NCBI GenBank assembly: GCA_965644265.1
Contig: OZ286469.1
Location: forward strand, 31,806,001-31,870,000
Origin: Glycera tridactyla
Taxonomy: Eukaryota
Direction of reading: 5' to 3'
Length of the DNA stretch: 64,000 bases
Shown here: positions 25,795 to 38,643 of the stretch, in pieces
How the letters are laid out: each line of letters starts with the position of its first letter
Numbering within the stretch: position 1 is the stretch's first letter
The notes under the pieces: generated by a model
Database searches by the model: none
What the model saw: only the letters and a program-made list of their open reading frames with translations
What the model was told of the DNA's origin: nothing
Made by a program: the position numbers and the translations under genes

Positions 25795-26105
25795 GCTAGC
25801 ATTTAGAATTGGATTCAACAGCCAGCCAGCATTTAGAATTGGATTCAACAGCCAGCCAGCATTTAGAATTGAATTCAACAGCCATCCAGCATTTAGAATT
25901 GAATTTGACAGCCATCCAGCATTTAGAATTTGATTTAACAGCCATCCAGCATTTAGAATTTGATTTAACAGCCAGCCAGCATTTAGAATTTGATTTAATA
26001 GCCATCCAGCATTTAGAATTTGATTTAACAGCCAGCCAGCATTAGAATTTGATTTAACAGCCAGCCAGCATTTAGAATTGGATTCAGCAGCCAGCCAGTA
26101 TTTAG
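25795..26105. repeat. 30-31-bp minisatellite (cagccagccagcatttagaatt(t)gatttaa), ~10 units
   Basis: Read directly. Confidence 0.95.
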
Positions 26106-26339
26106 ACTTCAGTCTGAATACTTTATTTGTCATCTCGGTTGTACTTGCCATTGCAGTTTCTCACCTAGAAGATATTGTCATTGTGAATGACAAATCGGTT
26201 CATACAATATATCTTCTTCAGCTGGATATTGCCCCTTCTTTCATGATACAACTGCCGTTATAATTACTTTCCATCCCCACGACAGTTGTACACTTATTAG
26301 CATTAGATCTAACGTAGGCCTTCTTTTATATATTTGCAG

Positions 26340-26404
26340 GTTGGATGGGAATCTGGAGAGGTTAATCTACCCCACCCAGGAGACATCAGTGGAACTGCTC
26401 CAAG
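26340..26404 (+). other. Candidate 65-nt exon
   Basis: tatatttgcag acceptor and CAAG|gtaagc consensus donor. Confidence 0.35.
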
Positions 26405-26440
26405 GTAAGCAAAGATCTTTGTGATTTTGTCTCCCAATGC

Positions 26441-26880
26441 CAGCAAAAATAAGTGTGTTTGCTAGGATATGGAGGTCTTCATTTTGCCCACCGATATAAC
26501 CTCCAATAGAACCTGTCAAGTGAGCAAGACCAGCCTTTTTCCCTTGTAAAATACCCGAGACTAGCAGCATGTTTCCTTGATGTTTCACATGTCATATTAC
26601 TTAGGCAGATTGTCAGATTCTACCAAGCTTCAATATCTGTGAAATGCTAGGATATGGAGGTCTTCATTTTGCCCACCCGTATTCACACCAAAGGGCCAGC
26701 AAAAATAAGTGTTTGCTAGGATATGGAGGTCTTCATTTTGCCCCACTGGTATAACCTCCAATAGAACCTGTCAAGTGAGCAAGACCAGCCTTTTTCTCTT
26801 GTAAAATACCTAAGACTAGCAGCATGTTTCCTCGATGTTTCACTGGTCCGATCACTTAGGCAGATTGTCAAATTTTGAGT
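26441..26880. repeat. Local duplication, ~255-bp period x2
   Basis: gccagcaaaaataagtg...gctaggatatggaggtcttcattttgccc...cttaggcagattgtca at 26441 and 26696, plus a partial copy at ~26646. Confidence 0.85.
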
Positions 26881-27760
26881 CGCTGAAAAAATATCGCGCA
26901 GTATACTCCACAAACGGTTTGACTTTATATCGTATAGTGGCGTGGTGAAACATTTGCGTTGCACACAAAAAGTGAGAGAAGATCAAGATGGTGGCGGTGG
27001 AATTCCCCGTGTTCGTTCCACACTGCTAGTCTTTTGTTGCGAATTTCGATAAGATATGATAGATTGAATGATAAATCCTGAAAATACAACAAATATCGCC
27101 TGTAAATCCACGGTGAAGACCAGTATTGTGAAGCGCCATTTGACGATTTTTGGCCTCCTTCTTGGAGTCTAGATGGAGATCCCGGCTTTGTACATCATTT
27201 CTTGTAGAAATTCCTAGGAAATTCCCAGATTATCACCACGAGACACCCACAGTTCTTCCTGGGAAACCTCCAAATCTTTATTAGAACATTTGCGGATGGA
27301 GCATACATAGACTCTCTCACATTATCGGAGATAGGGGTGGTCATTGCGGATTTCTCAAGCGGAATGTGTAGAATTGCTCACTTGCAATTTTCGATGTCAA
27401 CTTCGCTTTTCACTTAGCACAGGATCGACGGCTCGGCAGGACCAAAAATGGCGCTCAATTGTTCGCGTTACAGATTTCCGCCTAATACAGGTGAATTGTT
27501 AGCGGAAAAAATGTTCAGGCGGACCGTAGGCTATGCACTTATGACAGGATTCCATAGGATTACGCTTGAGCAGGTTTTGCTGTATTTATCATTTGGTGAT
27601 TATTCGAGGATATTATCCCCCAATTCGCCCTGATTGTTCACTTGAATCAAATCGGCATTAGTAAACATATATAAATGAAAGACGAGTTCTGTGCGAATTC
27701 AATATTATATGCTTATAATCGTGCGCTGATTCGTTTTTCGTGCATTCTAGGATGGTTGCG
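26880..27760. promoter_or_regulatory. CpG-retaining, promoter-like segment
   Basis: CpG density is visibly above the flanks. YY1-like motifs occur at ~26986 (caagatggtggcgg), ~27131 (gcgccattt) and ~27444 (aaaatggcgc). A possible first exon runs from ATG 27448 to ACAG|gtgaat at 27490. Confidence 0.35.
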
Positions 27761-27796
27761 CGTGACAGGTTTTACTGTACATACTAGCCAACATTA

Positions 27797-28800
27797 CAGC
27801 CAGCCAGTATGTGGAGATAGATATTGCAGCCAGCCAGCATGATTGTGTAGATAGATATCGCAGCCAGCCAGAATGTGGAGATAGATATCGCAGCCAGCCA
27901 GCATGTGTAGATAGATATTGCAGCCAGCCAGAATGTGGAGATAGATATCGCAGCCAGCCAGCATGTGGAGATAGATTTTGCAGCCAGCCAGTATGTGGAG
28001 TTCGATTTTGCAGCCAGCCAATATGTGGAGATAGATATTGCAGCCAGCCAATAGGTGGAGATAGATTTTGCATCAGCCAGTATGTGGAGATAGATTTTGC
28101 AGTCAGCCAGTACGTGGAGTCAGATATTGCAGCCAGCCAGCATGTGGAGATAGATTTTGCAGCCAGCCAGTACGTGGAGTTAGATCTTGCCATGGAATTA
28201 GATTTTTCGGCCTGCTAGTGAGGATCCAACAGCCAGTCAGCATACAGGTAGATTTTGCAGTCAGCCAGTATGTAGTTTTGATTTCATGGCCTTCCCGAGA
28301 TGTTGCTAACCTTTGTGGCTAGATTTTGCCGTCTATGTAGATTCTGCAGCCAGCCAGTACATAGAATAGATACTGCAGTTACCCAGCATGTGGAGATAGA
28401 TTTTGGCAGTCAGCCAGTATGTAGTTTTGATTTGGTGGCCTTCCCAAGATGTTAGATTTGGTGGCTAGATTTTGCCGTCCAGTAGTATGTCAAGTTCGAT
28501 TTTGCAGCCAGTATGTGGAGTTAGATTTAGCAGTCAACCAGCATGAAGTTAGATCTGGTGGCCTGCCTAGATGATGTTAGCTTTATCAGCTCGATTTTGC
28601 TGTCAGCCATTATGTGGAGTTCTTATCACCAGCCAGTATATGGAATTAGATTTTGTAACCAGCCAGTATGTGTAGCATAGGCCACATTGTGATGTCATCC
28701 AGTTGGATTCAGTCAGCCAGCCAGCATAGATTCAGTTTGATTCAGTAGCCTGCCAAGATTATGCTGCTAGGCAGCATGTGGATTTTGTAGCAAGTCAGTA
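27797..28800. repeat. 30-bp minisatellite (cagccagccagcatgtggagatagatattg), regular to ~28200 and decaying to ~28800
   Basis: Read directly; shares the cagccagccag core with the 25.8-kb array. Confidence 0.95.
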
Positions 28801-29808
28801 TGTGTACAGTGAAACCTGTTACAAGCGACCCCTGACGAGTGACCACTTCTCTTGAACGACCATTTTTTCTCCCAAAATTCCAGATACGTGGAAAATGCCC
28901 TCTGGCAAACAACCACCTGTTTAACGCGACCAGTAACTGGCTTAAATTATAGCAATTACCTGCGAAGAATGACCACCGGCGGTTTGATCAGCGCAGTTCG
29001 ATCAGCGCTGACATAAGTGATAATAACCGTGTATAAAAATACTATACCAGTAGACTGACCTCTCACAAAGAAATGCCCGAGAATTTGCCAGAAGGGAGCT
29101 CATCCCTGCTGAAAGAAATACCACTGATCAGAAGTTTGATCAGATTTGTGTTGGAAACCAGATATTTTGATCAAGATATAGATTTGAAAAAAACTGCCGA
29201 TTTTGGAGATTTCTCACAATGGTATATCAGTAATCAGCCTGCAGATAATTTGAGAAATGATCTGACATTGCGGATATTTGACCAAAAAGGAGATTGGTAG
29301 TAAATACAACTGATTTCATGTATCATTCATGATCCTAAATCATCGATCAGAGGTTTGCATAATTTCAAGAAATCTGTTATTTCTTACTTGGAGATTCTAC
29401 ATTTTCAGATATTCCATTCCGACTGATTTCAGATAGTCGTCATTATTCTTGAAACTTAGTTTGTGTTGTCTGCCAAGTGATATAGTTCATTGAACCAACT
29501 CATACATTATGTATCAGGATCATTTTCAGTATCACTCTGTGAAGTTGGGTTTGTCTTCGATGTCAACCCTGAATAATCACTTAAATTTGGCATTCTCAAG
29601 CAGTCATCCTATTATCCAAGGTAATTTTTATGTCATCCACAAATATTCTAATAAATATTCAGGGTGATTTTTGTGCCTTTATCTGTTAAAATGTGTACAG
29701 AGTGGACAGATTTTCATTAAGCAGATGTCTGATAATAGAGTGAAACCTGTCCTAAGTTACCACAGATCAACCCTCTTGAACAATCTTTCTTCTACCACAA
29801 TATGTATA

Positions 29809-30466
29809 CAGTCAAACCTCCTCTAACGACCACCTCCAGAGGGCGACCACCTCCCTATAACGACCGCCTATGACCGCGACCGACGTATTTTTCACTGTAA
29901 TTGTCTTCCATATAGCGACCACCTCCAACCCCCGGCCAGCGACCGCCATGTTTGGTTCACGGACCTCCCGATAACGACCACTCACGGTCGGCCGGCCGTA
30001 CTCGAGACTGTGAAATCTGCTCAGATTCCGCTTGCTCACTGCTCATATGAACTCACTTCCCCCACCATACAGCTAGCAGCGGCCGGTCTCCCTCCTCCAG
30101 CGACCGCCCGGCCAAAGTCAACACCGTGACATGTGCTCAGATCAGCTCACTCACTCGCCGCTCTCAAATCGTTACCATTTTTAATTTCAAACGAAAGTTC
30201 TTCATATTTCTTCAAATCATCTTTATAGAACGAAAGATGACCTTCTAGAACCATTAAAATCGTCTTCATGTTAAAAAAATTGCGAGTTTCGTTCATACAT
30301 CCGGGTATCTTGGTTCTTTGTGATGTTTACAGTAATGGCCGCCACCTTGGCATGTAGAGACGGAACACAACGTATTTTTCATCAGAACTTCTCTGTAGCG
30401 ACCACCTCCCAATAACGACCACTCTGACGTGCGACCGAGGGTGGTCGTTATAGGGAGGTTCGACTG
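29809..30466. mobile_element. 658-bp pogo/Tc1-type MITE, CpG-rich and probably young
   Basis: TA|CAGTCAAACCTCC...GGAGGTTCGACTG|TA with internal CGACCACCTCC repeats. Related end fragments lie at ~28807-28990, 30480-30540 and 34560-34635. Confidence 0.85.
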
Positions 30467-32059
30467 TATTTCTAAAATCACCTTCTGACGAGTCACCTGT
30501 CTTGCGTGACCAGCAACCGGCCTAAATTGTAGCGATTATCTGTGACATGCGCAATAATAACGGACAATGAACGAACGATTCACAACTGCGCTTAACTCGA
30601 AGAACAAAGCCTAATGTCCGGTTGTTCGCACCCACATGCTAGACTAACCTTTCACGAAGAAACATCCGAGAACCCGGTATAGCTGCGATTACAGGTCAAT
30701 ATGATGATCTATCAGCAAAAGATTTGGTCTTTATTAGTGTTTGTTGTGCATTGAGCAGCAGCCTGGCCAGACATGGTGAGAAACAGTGGTGGCCCTCAGT
30801 AAATCTTGCTTGACAATCTGTCAAATCTTATAGTCTGACTAGTTTCGCCCAGGTTGGGGCTTCATCAGAGATTGAGCGTATCTGACTGTGCACTCGCTTA
30901 TATAGGTTGCCTATTCCCAGTTGCTAATGAGCTGCGATTGGCTGTCACTAGGCAGTTGCTTGATGGTGATTGGCTGATGGTGTGTCCGGTGCTGTCAGGT
31001 TTTCTGTCCGGTGTGTCCGGGATGTGTGGTGTGTCCGCTGTGTCCGGGAGGGTCAGAATGCTGTTTATTAACTTTAGTGTCCGGCAGACATGTCTGTGTG
31101 TCTGTTTTTTTGTTTCTTGATGTGATGTGGTGCTGGTAATAGCTATAATTTGACTTCTGATTTCTCATCATTTTCGATTCGTTTGGAAGATTTTCCATTG
31201 TTCTTTCATTGCAATTTTTGGATTGAGTATGATCTGTTACCAATCGCACTCTTTGTGCTCTTGTATTCATACTGTGTCAACATGGTTTCTTATGTATTTG
31301 TTTCCATGTGGTGGTTTCGCTACTTTGGCAATTTTGTTCTGTGTTGGATTGGCACATTTGCCCTTATAATATTGAAACAGAACATTCTGGACTTCCATGT
31401 TTATTTGGAGAGACCAAAAATAGCTTTATATGCTGTTGTATAACAATGGGTACCCACCCTTTCTCTGTCGTTTTCAGCTTTGGAAAACATCGGACTTTGA
31501 TCAGTGACAAATAGAAAGTAGAGGATATGAAGTACATGTAGTGTATAAAATAACTGGATTTGAATCATTGTATTTGCTATGAAATCACTCTATCGGCGTC
31601 AGAAACACATATTTCTGTTCAATAGAGACGTTCTGTCAGCACAGTTCAAAATGATCTTTCATCATTTGATGATATTTCTGTATATTCTGTATATTTTTGT
31701 ATATTCCTTATTCCCACCTAATATATCTAATGATATTTTTGAATATTCCTTAATCCCACCTGGGAAGAAATTGAAAATCTTTGTATCGATAACTCAATTA
31801 AGATGATTTCAGAATCCCAATATGAATATAAATTGTATTGAGCTTGGGCATCTCTTTATGAATCTGATTTATCCTTTCAGTTATGATGATACATAATGGA
31901 CAGCATTTGAGCAGTGATACATTGATATGCTGTCAGAAAGTGCTCACATTTTTTTTTCATTATTATATTTTTATGGGATTTTTTGCACTTTTATATTTTT
32001 AAATTTTTATGGTTTTTTTGCACTTTTTGCACCATTTGAGCGCTTTGTTGATGACATAT

Positions 32060-33690
32060 CAGTGTGGCTGTAGGAGATCAAGGGGATCATGTTGGCTCAT
32101 TTTGTGTCAGTATAGTTGCTTGGCTCAAATAGGTTGTAAAGATGGTCCGAGCTCAGCCTAATCAATAGTATAATAATTGATTTAATTTCCAATTTTGACC
32201 CAGCTTTATTGCTGCCTTCGATGGAACTTCATATCGTAGTTAATGTATGACGATATCGAGCTTGATTTGAAATGGGCATTGATGCATGGTACATGTCTGT
32301 TATCATGTGCTGACATTTGTATGAATACAAAATAATCATAAGTAAATCAATTATATGATTAATGAATAAGCCTTTATTGCTAACAAATAAAGAGTATCAG
32401 AATAAAATTTGCTTAATGCAGAGATGCCAACAGTTATGGTTTTGGAGTGACTGTTAATGATGGTCAGAGCTCAGCTCAATGAGAAGTTCAATGATTATTT
32501 TAATTTCACAAATTTTACCCAGCTTTGTTGCTGCCTTCGATGGAACTTCATATCGTAGTTAATGTATGACAATATTTAGTTCGATTTGAAATGGGCATTG
32601 ATGCATAGTACATGTCTATTATGTGCTGACATTTTTATGAATACAAAATGATCATAAGTAAATCAATATCTGAAAAAAATCAATTATATGATTGATGAAT
32701 AAACCTTTATTGCTAACAAATAAGAGTATCAGAATGGAGTAACAGTCAATGATGGTCAGAGCTCAGCTTAATGAGAAGTTCAATAATTATTTTGATTCCA
32801 CAATTTTCACCCAGCTTTATTGCTGCCATCGATGGAACTTTATATTGTAGTGAATGTATGGCAATATCTAGCTTGATTTGAAATGGGCACTGATGTATGA
32901 TACATGCCTATTTTAATATGCTGACATTTGTATGAAGTAAATCAATATCTGAAAAAACTCAATTATATGATTAATGAATAAGCCTTTATTGCTTAACAAA
33001 TAAGAGTATCAGAATAAAATTTGCTTAATGCAGAGATGCCAACAGTTATAGTTTTGGAGTAACAATTGATGATTGTCACTGGTCAAAGCTCAGCTCAATG
33101 AGAAGTTCAATAATTATTTTAAATTCCAAATTTCACCCAGCTTTATTGCTGCCTTCGATGGAACTTCATATTGTAGTGAATGGAATGTATGACAATATTT
33201 AGCTTGATTTGAAATGGGCATTGATGTATGATACATGTCTATTATAATGTGCTGACATTTGTATAGATACAAAATGATCATAAGTAAATCAATATCTGAA
33301 TAAAATCAATTATATGATTAATTGATAAGCCTTTATTGCTAGCAAATAAGAGTATCAGAATTAAAATTTGCTTAATGCAGAGATGCCAACAGTTATGGTT
33401 TTGGAGTAACAATTGAGGATTGTCACTGGTCAGAGCTCAGCTCAATGAGAAGTTCAATAATTATCTTAATTTCACAATTTTCACCCAGCTTTATTGCTGC
33501 CTTTGATGGAACTTCATATTGTAGTTAATGTGTGACAATATTTAGCTTGATTTGAAATGGGCATTGATCCATCGATACATGTCTATTATAATGTGCTGAC
33601 ATTTCTATAAATACAAAATGTTCATAAGTAAATGAATAACTGAAAAAACTCAATTATATGAATCATCAATAAGCCTTTATTACTAACTTA
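32060..33690. repeat. AT-rich satellite-like array, ~290-350-bp unit x5
   Basis: ggtcagagctcagctcaatgagaagttc...cccagctttattgctgccttcgatggaacttcat at ~32143, 32462, 32754, 33081 and 33429. Confidence 0.92.
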
Positions 33691-33869
33691 AATATTAATT
33701 TTGGTGATATTTACGCAAGGACTGTAATGTTAGTGGGACCTGGCCGAAAACTAGCAATATTTCCTAGAAATGAAGTAGCGTCCTCATATAAGGAAGAAGT
33801 TTCATGCTACAGTGATTTTTGATGAAAGTCGAAGCTTTCAGAATCCATCCGAGAAATCGTGCCCAGTTG

Positions 33870-34345
33870 GGCCATGTGGGTGCCTGCTGGGGAGGTGGTA
33901 TGGTGATGTTCTAACATATGATTTGGTATACCAGGCCCGCTTTGACCCTTTCGTGGCTTTGTCTTTGGGATGCACCAGTTTGCTACACATGGAGTTGATG
34001 GGTTTCATATGCACCGAGATCCCTGCTTTACATAGTATTCTGCAGATCACATCCGTTGAGTGGCATGGTCACACTGCCCTTTGGTTTGGTGGAGGCAGGA
34101 TCTTCGTCGACCGATGGTTGTTTGAGTCTAATGGCGGTCTCTCAGGCATGTCTTGTATCACCTGAAATCAAGAGGGCCTTCTGTAGATGTTGGATCTCAG
34201 CAGATCTTATGGTTTCATTGCAGCGGATAGATTTAGCTCTGTGGTGGAGAATGCGCATTACGCCGAGTTTATGTTGCAGTGGCTGGTCGCTAGTATATCG
34301 CAAATACTTATGGATGGTGGTGTCCAGCATGGCAATATGCCCCCC
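33870..34345 (-). mobile_element. Penelope-like element relic (RT C-terminus and linker towards GIY-YIG)
   Basis: KYLRYTSDQPLQHKLGVMRILHHRAKSIRCNETIRSAEIQHLQKAL and RILCKAGISVHMKPINSMCSKLVHPKDKATKGSK match the Penelope RT thumb/linker pattern (YL..S.HP..HK..V...L..RA; ..KP...L.S.LVHPKD); frameshifted. Confidence 0.85.
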
Positions 34346-34882
34346 CCCCCCCCTTTCTCCTCTTTATTGGTGAATTTATCGACTGGATGGACAGAGTTAA
34401 TATTATCATCCTCTCCTATGTAATATTTTTGTCTCTCATAGGTCTTTGCATGTATTTTGAAAAAAATACTGTGAATATTGATGTTCATACATCAAGTGAT
34501 TAGCAGGCGATATAGGGAGTAATTTCTATGTACACATGTTTATCGCCATCAGGTCGGGTCGATCAAACTTCCCGACGAGTGACCACCTCTTTTGAGCGAC
34601 CACTTTTTCGTCACTAGTGACATGTTTCACTGTAATCGTGTCTTGTGTATGTTTATGGAGATTCAATAAGGGCATTGATGGAAATTGCTCTCAGCAATAT
34701 TAATTGTAATTGCTGAAATTTGATTTGTCATTCCTGTTTAGTGTATAAAAAGCAGCTGTTATTCCAAATTGGTGAATCTCTTTGTTACTTTTGATAGTTC
34801 AATCATGGCAGGCAATGAAATTTATCCCTGTAATTCGTCATGATCATAGTGAAAGGACCTGCATGGATCACACTCAATAGAG

Positions 34883-35090
34883 AAACCCAGTGCATGCCGA
34901 CTGGGATATCAAAAGCCGGCCGTGTGTTTAGGAGCCTTTTCCTTTACGCACGTTAAAGATCCACTGCTGTCTTTCGCAAAGAGTAGGGACAGCCCCCGGC
35001 AGGCAGTGACTCTTTTCTTCAGCATTTTCGTTTTTTTCAGCCCGATATAACCCAAGCGGGTTCAAGTGACGTCAAACTCAAACAAACAAA
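34883..35090 (+). mobile_element. Family-1 SINE
   Basis: aaacccagtgcatgccgactggg...gcacgttaaagatccactgctgtctttcgcaaagagtaggg...aaacaaacaaa; TSD caataga. Confidence 0.85.
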
Positions 35091-35226
35091 CAATAGAAGT
35101 AAGATTGCCTCCTGCTGCAGTCAAAAGCATTTACTGCTCCATGGATGAAGATTAAAATGTATACCCACTGCAATATTTGAAAGTCTCGCAAGCTTTTGGG
35201 AATGCATCTGCTTCCCTTTCTCTCAG

Positions 35227-35310
35227 CTAATGGCGACTGCAAGGAAGCGTTGTCACGTGATCCCGTACTTAGGGAGGGTCACATGATGTTTTGTTGTCAA
35301 TCAACTCTCG
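35227..35310 (+). other. Candidate 84-nt phase 1-1 exon
   Basis: Strong tract tctgcttccctttctctcag and CTCG|gtaaac donor; open frame NGDCKEALSRDPVLREGHMMFCCQSTL. Confidence 0.3.
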
Positions 35311-36704
35311 GTAAACAGGCAGGAGAAGGTGGCGGCCCCAGTCTTTGTTCATTCACAGCTCTTTTTCTGAATTGGTGATTCTTGAATGCCTGCCAAAAGT
35401 TGAATCATGGCATTATATCGAATTGATTCTGTTAACTGTACATTCTGCATTCATGGTGGATTAACTTGCATGAATCCTGCGGTAAACTGAATTACAATTC
35501 ATAGTGGTCCCTGAATGAATGGTTTACAATGCAATTTGCATTGGTAGTATCCCTGCAATGGGATGGGATCTGTATGGTCATTGATTCTTTTATGTAACAT
35601 CCGTGATAAATATGCATTGTGCATGAAGAGGATCATTGCGTACAGGCAAAGTATGGATCCGTTACCCAGTGTAAAATCCAGGCTGCGTGATAGGCCACAA
35701 ATTGTCAGGCATCGCGCCTATTTTCGAATAGTGAATATTGCATACATACTGCGAAAACTAGCTGAGAAGATGCATATATAGGAAGAGACCATCGAATATA
35801 TTTCGTTCTAAGAAAAACCTTCCGAGAAGCGCCATTTTTAATGTTGACATATAAACTCTCGACCATGATCTGGTGAAGATGCCAGATGCGAGACATAGGC
35901 ATGCCATATTCTGTTGTTGCCATCATTCTTATCATCAACATTGATTTAAGATCCCAATTAAGATTCCAGTTTGTTTTTGGCCCGCCCGCTTCAGCATAGC
36001 AGATTGTTTCATAAGAGGTCTGTCTGAATCATGTGTGACAACTTGCAGATAAAGCAGCTAAAGTTCCTAGAGTAGCTGCTACCTTCCCTCAGAATTGCTG
36101 ATTCTAAAATGCCTTTTAATCATGACATTTTATCATATGGATCCTTGAACCTTTAATTGTTGGAGTAATGCTGAATTGAAATGACCTGCATAAATCATGC
36201 TAAAAGTTGAATTTTTCTTCCTGTGTAGTATTAAATATGCAGATAGCACTGTTATGCCGAATTGATGATTCCTCAGTGTACCTTTTGAGAGTTCAATCAT
36301 CGCATTGTATGAAATTGCTTATAGCAATTATGATCGAAGTTGCTCTAATATTTCTAAGATAACTTGCGTAAATCATTGTTGAACATGCAGTCACAGCTTA
36401 TCTATTGGATTGGTGATTTTTAGAGTTGTTGTTTTTTTGCGTGATTGATGATTTCTCACCGATGTGTCTGACAGTCTGTCATGGTTTGGGAACTTTGTCC
36501 CCTTCATAAAACCACCTGATTCTGACCAGCAATGTCAGAGGTTTATCGAGAAGCTAGATTTGTGCTTTGAACTTCTTGGTATTGAGAAGTACAGATTGAG
36601 AAGAATCTTTGAAGTGAAAGAAATGCATTATAAATCTTGATTTAATTGATAATCCCTGCTTGAGTCATCGATAAAACCAAAGTCAAGGGATGCTGCTGAT
36701 AAGC

Positions 36705-36740
36705 TACCGCCACCGCCACCGCCACCGCCACCGCCATCAC
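36705..36740. repeat. (CCGCCA)n tract
   Basis: Read directly. Confidence 0.9.
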
Positions 36741-38476
36741 TGCCAGAATTTGTTCCTCATATTAGCATAATTCCCTTCTTCATTTCAAGATATTTTTGAG
36801 TGATGAATTTCTCCATTTTCTTGCATCTTCTTTCTCATTTTGAGGGTAGGACTCTGAACCTATCTGAAAATTTTCAGGTATGATACAAGTAAATCTCTTT
36901 ATTTTCTATGGTAAATGATTTTGAATTGCATGAGATTAATTGTATTCAGATTAAAGCACTTTTGGTTTGATTTGAAATGAGATTATTGCATCGGAATATA
37001 AATTAGATCACATTTATTTTCAATCATTCATTCTCATTAATTTTTTATGTTAAACATCCACAATATGAAGCAATCCCAAATATCGCTGATTTTCTGGGTA
37101 AATTCAAATTCAAATTCAAGTAACTTAATTTAGATGTCTTGTTTATAATTGAAATATTGAGAAATGAACATGAAAATGATCAAATATGTGAATAATGCAG
37201 TCCTCTTATTGATTGATAAGGAATGCTATAATTTTCTTGGCATAGTATCTAGGCACAGACTTTTGATTGGGATTCTAAATTTATAATGCCTACCCTTTTG
37301 CTGGATTGACTACCTACCCCAACCCACTTCTGCAGCAGTTTCTGCTGTGTTTCTCTCCTCCTTCCCAGCCATTCCCTCATTCTCTCTGGTGATGGGTTCT
37401 CCTACTATCACACCCTGTTGATTCAGTGAAAGCCGGCATTGTGATGCGATCCTATATTTGAAGTNNNNNNNNNNNNNNNNNNNNNNNNNNNNNNNNNNNN
37501 NNNNNNNNNNNNNNNNNNNNNNNNNNNNNNNNNNNNNNNNNNNNNNNNNNNNNNNNNNNNNNNNNNNNNNNNNNNNNNNNNNNNNNNNNNNNNNNNNNNN
37601 NNNNNNNNNNNNNNNNNNNNNNNNNNNNNNNNNNNNNNTCACGCTTTTAAAATGTATGTACTGTTGAAAGTTTCTTGATTTTTGAGTAGAACAAAATGCT
37701 CTTTTCATTCTGAAGTTTCACTTGTATTAAAGTACATCAATGTATGATTATTTGCATAGATAATAATGNNNNNNNNNNNNNNNNNNNNNNNNNNNNNNNN
37801 NNNNNNNNNNNNNNNNNNNNNNNNNNNNNNNNNNNNNNNNNNNNNNNNNNNNNNNNNNNNNNNNNNNNNNNNNNNNNNNNNNNNNNNNNNNNNNNNNNNN
37901 NNNNNNNNNNNNNNNNNNNNNCTGCTAAAGTAATTTTCGATCCAGATGACACAAAGGATAGTATTGTGGTGTATTGTTGAGGAACATCTTTTTCCTAATT
38001 TCACTTGTTTTGGTGAGAGAGAAAAATGCAATAGAAATTGCAATTAATTTTAATTTGTTGAGCTGATTGGGTGAAATATTTCCAAAATGGATATGAATTT
38101 AGCAATTCAGAATGTACCTCCCAGCAAAGATCATTCCTGAAAAAGTATTTCACCCTAGAGGGGATCTGAGAATGATAATGATTAGAACAATGAAAATAAT
38201 TGTGAAGATAACGATGACATTTTGATAAAGACAAAACAATGACTCACAATTAAGTAATCAGTAATATTGGTGTAGCGGTAGTGGCTTCGGCAGTGGCTTC
38301 GGCAGTGGCAACAGCATTGACAGCAGTGGCAGAAATTGTACCATTGTTAAGTTCTGGCAGTGGTGCCGATACAATGTCTTGAAAATAGATACAACATGTT
38401 ACAAATGGAGAAGAGGTGGAATGATTGTTGGCTTTGAAACCATGCTTTTCAGACTCGAATTCTTTGTATGTTATAG

Positions 38477-38574
38477 GTGCAGTATCATGAAGAGGAGTAG
38501 GTGGCGCTAGATGAGCGCAGAGGAAACAGTCTTTGAGAGAAGAATGGATGAAATTACTCGCAAGATTGATACAG
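38477..38574 (+). other. Candidate exon, possibly paired with an acceptor at 39345
   Basis: ttatag acceptor and ACAG|gtgagt perfect donor; ATG frame MSAEETVFERRMDEITRKIDT. The next acceptor is tattttcag|AGTGG at 39345. Confidence 0.35.
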
Positions 38575-38587
38575 GTGAGTGTATCCA

Positions 38588-38626
<39 letters not shown>

Positions 38627-38643
38627 AATGGATGTATAGGCTA

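Noticed and set aside
25711-26151. 146-aa repeat ORF (also the 27747-28322 ORFs) as genes
   Set aside because: A 30-bp period keeps several frames on both strands open; there is no splice or homology support.
34905-35010. HDV-like ribozyme starting GGCCGGC in family-1 SINE
   Set aside because: Only ~5 bp of a possible P1 pairing, and no nested P3/P1.1 pseudoknot could be built by eye.
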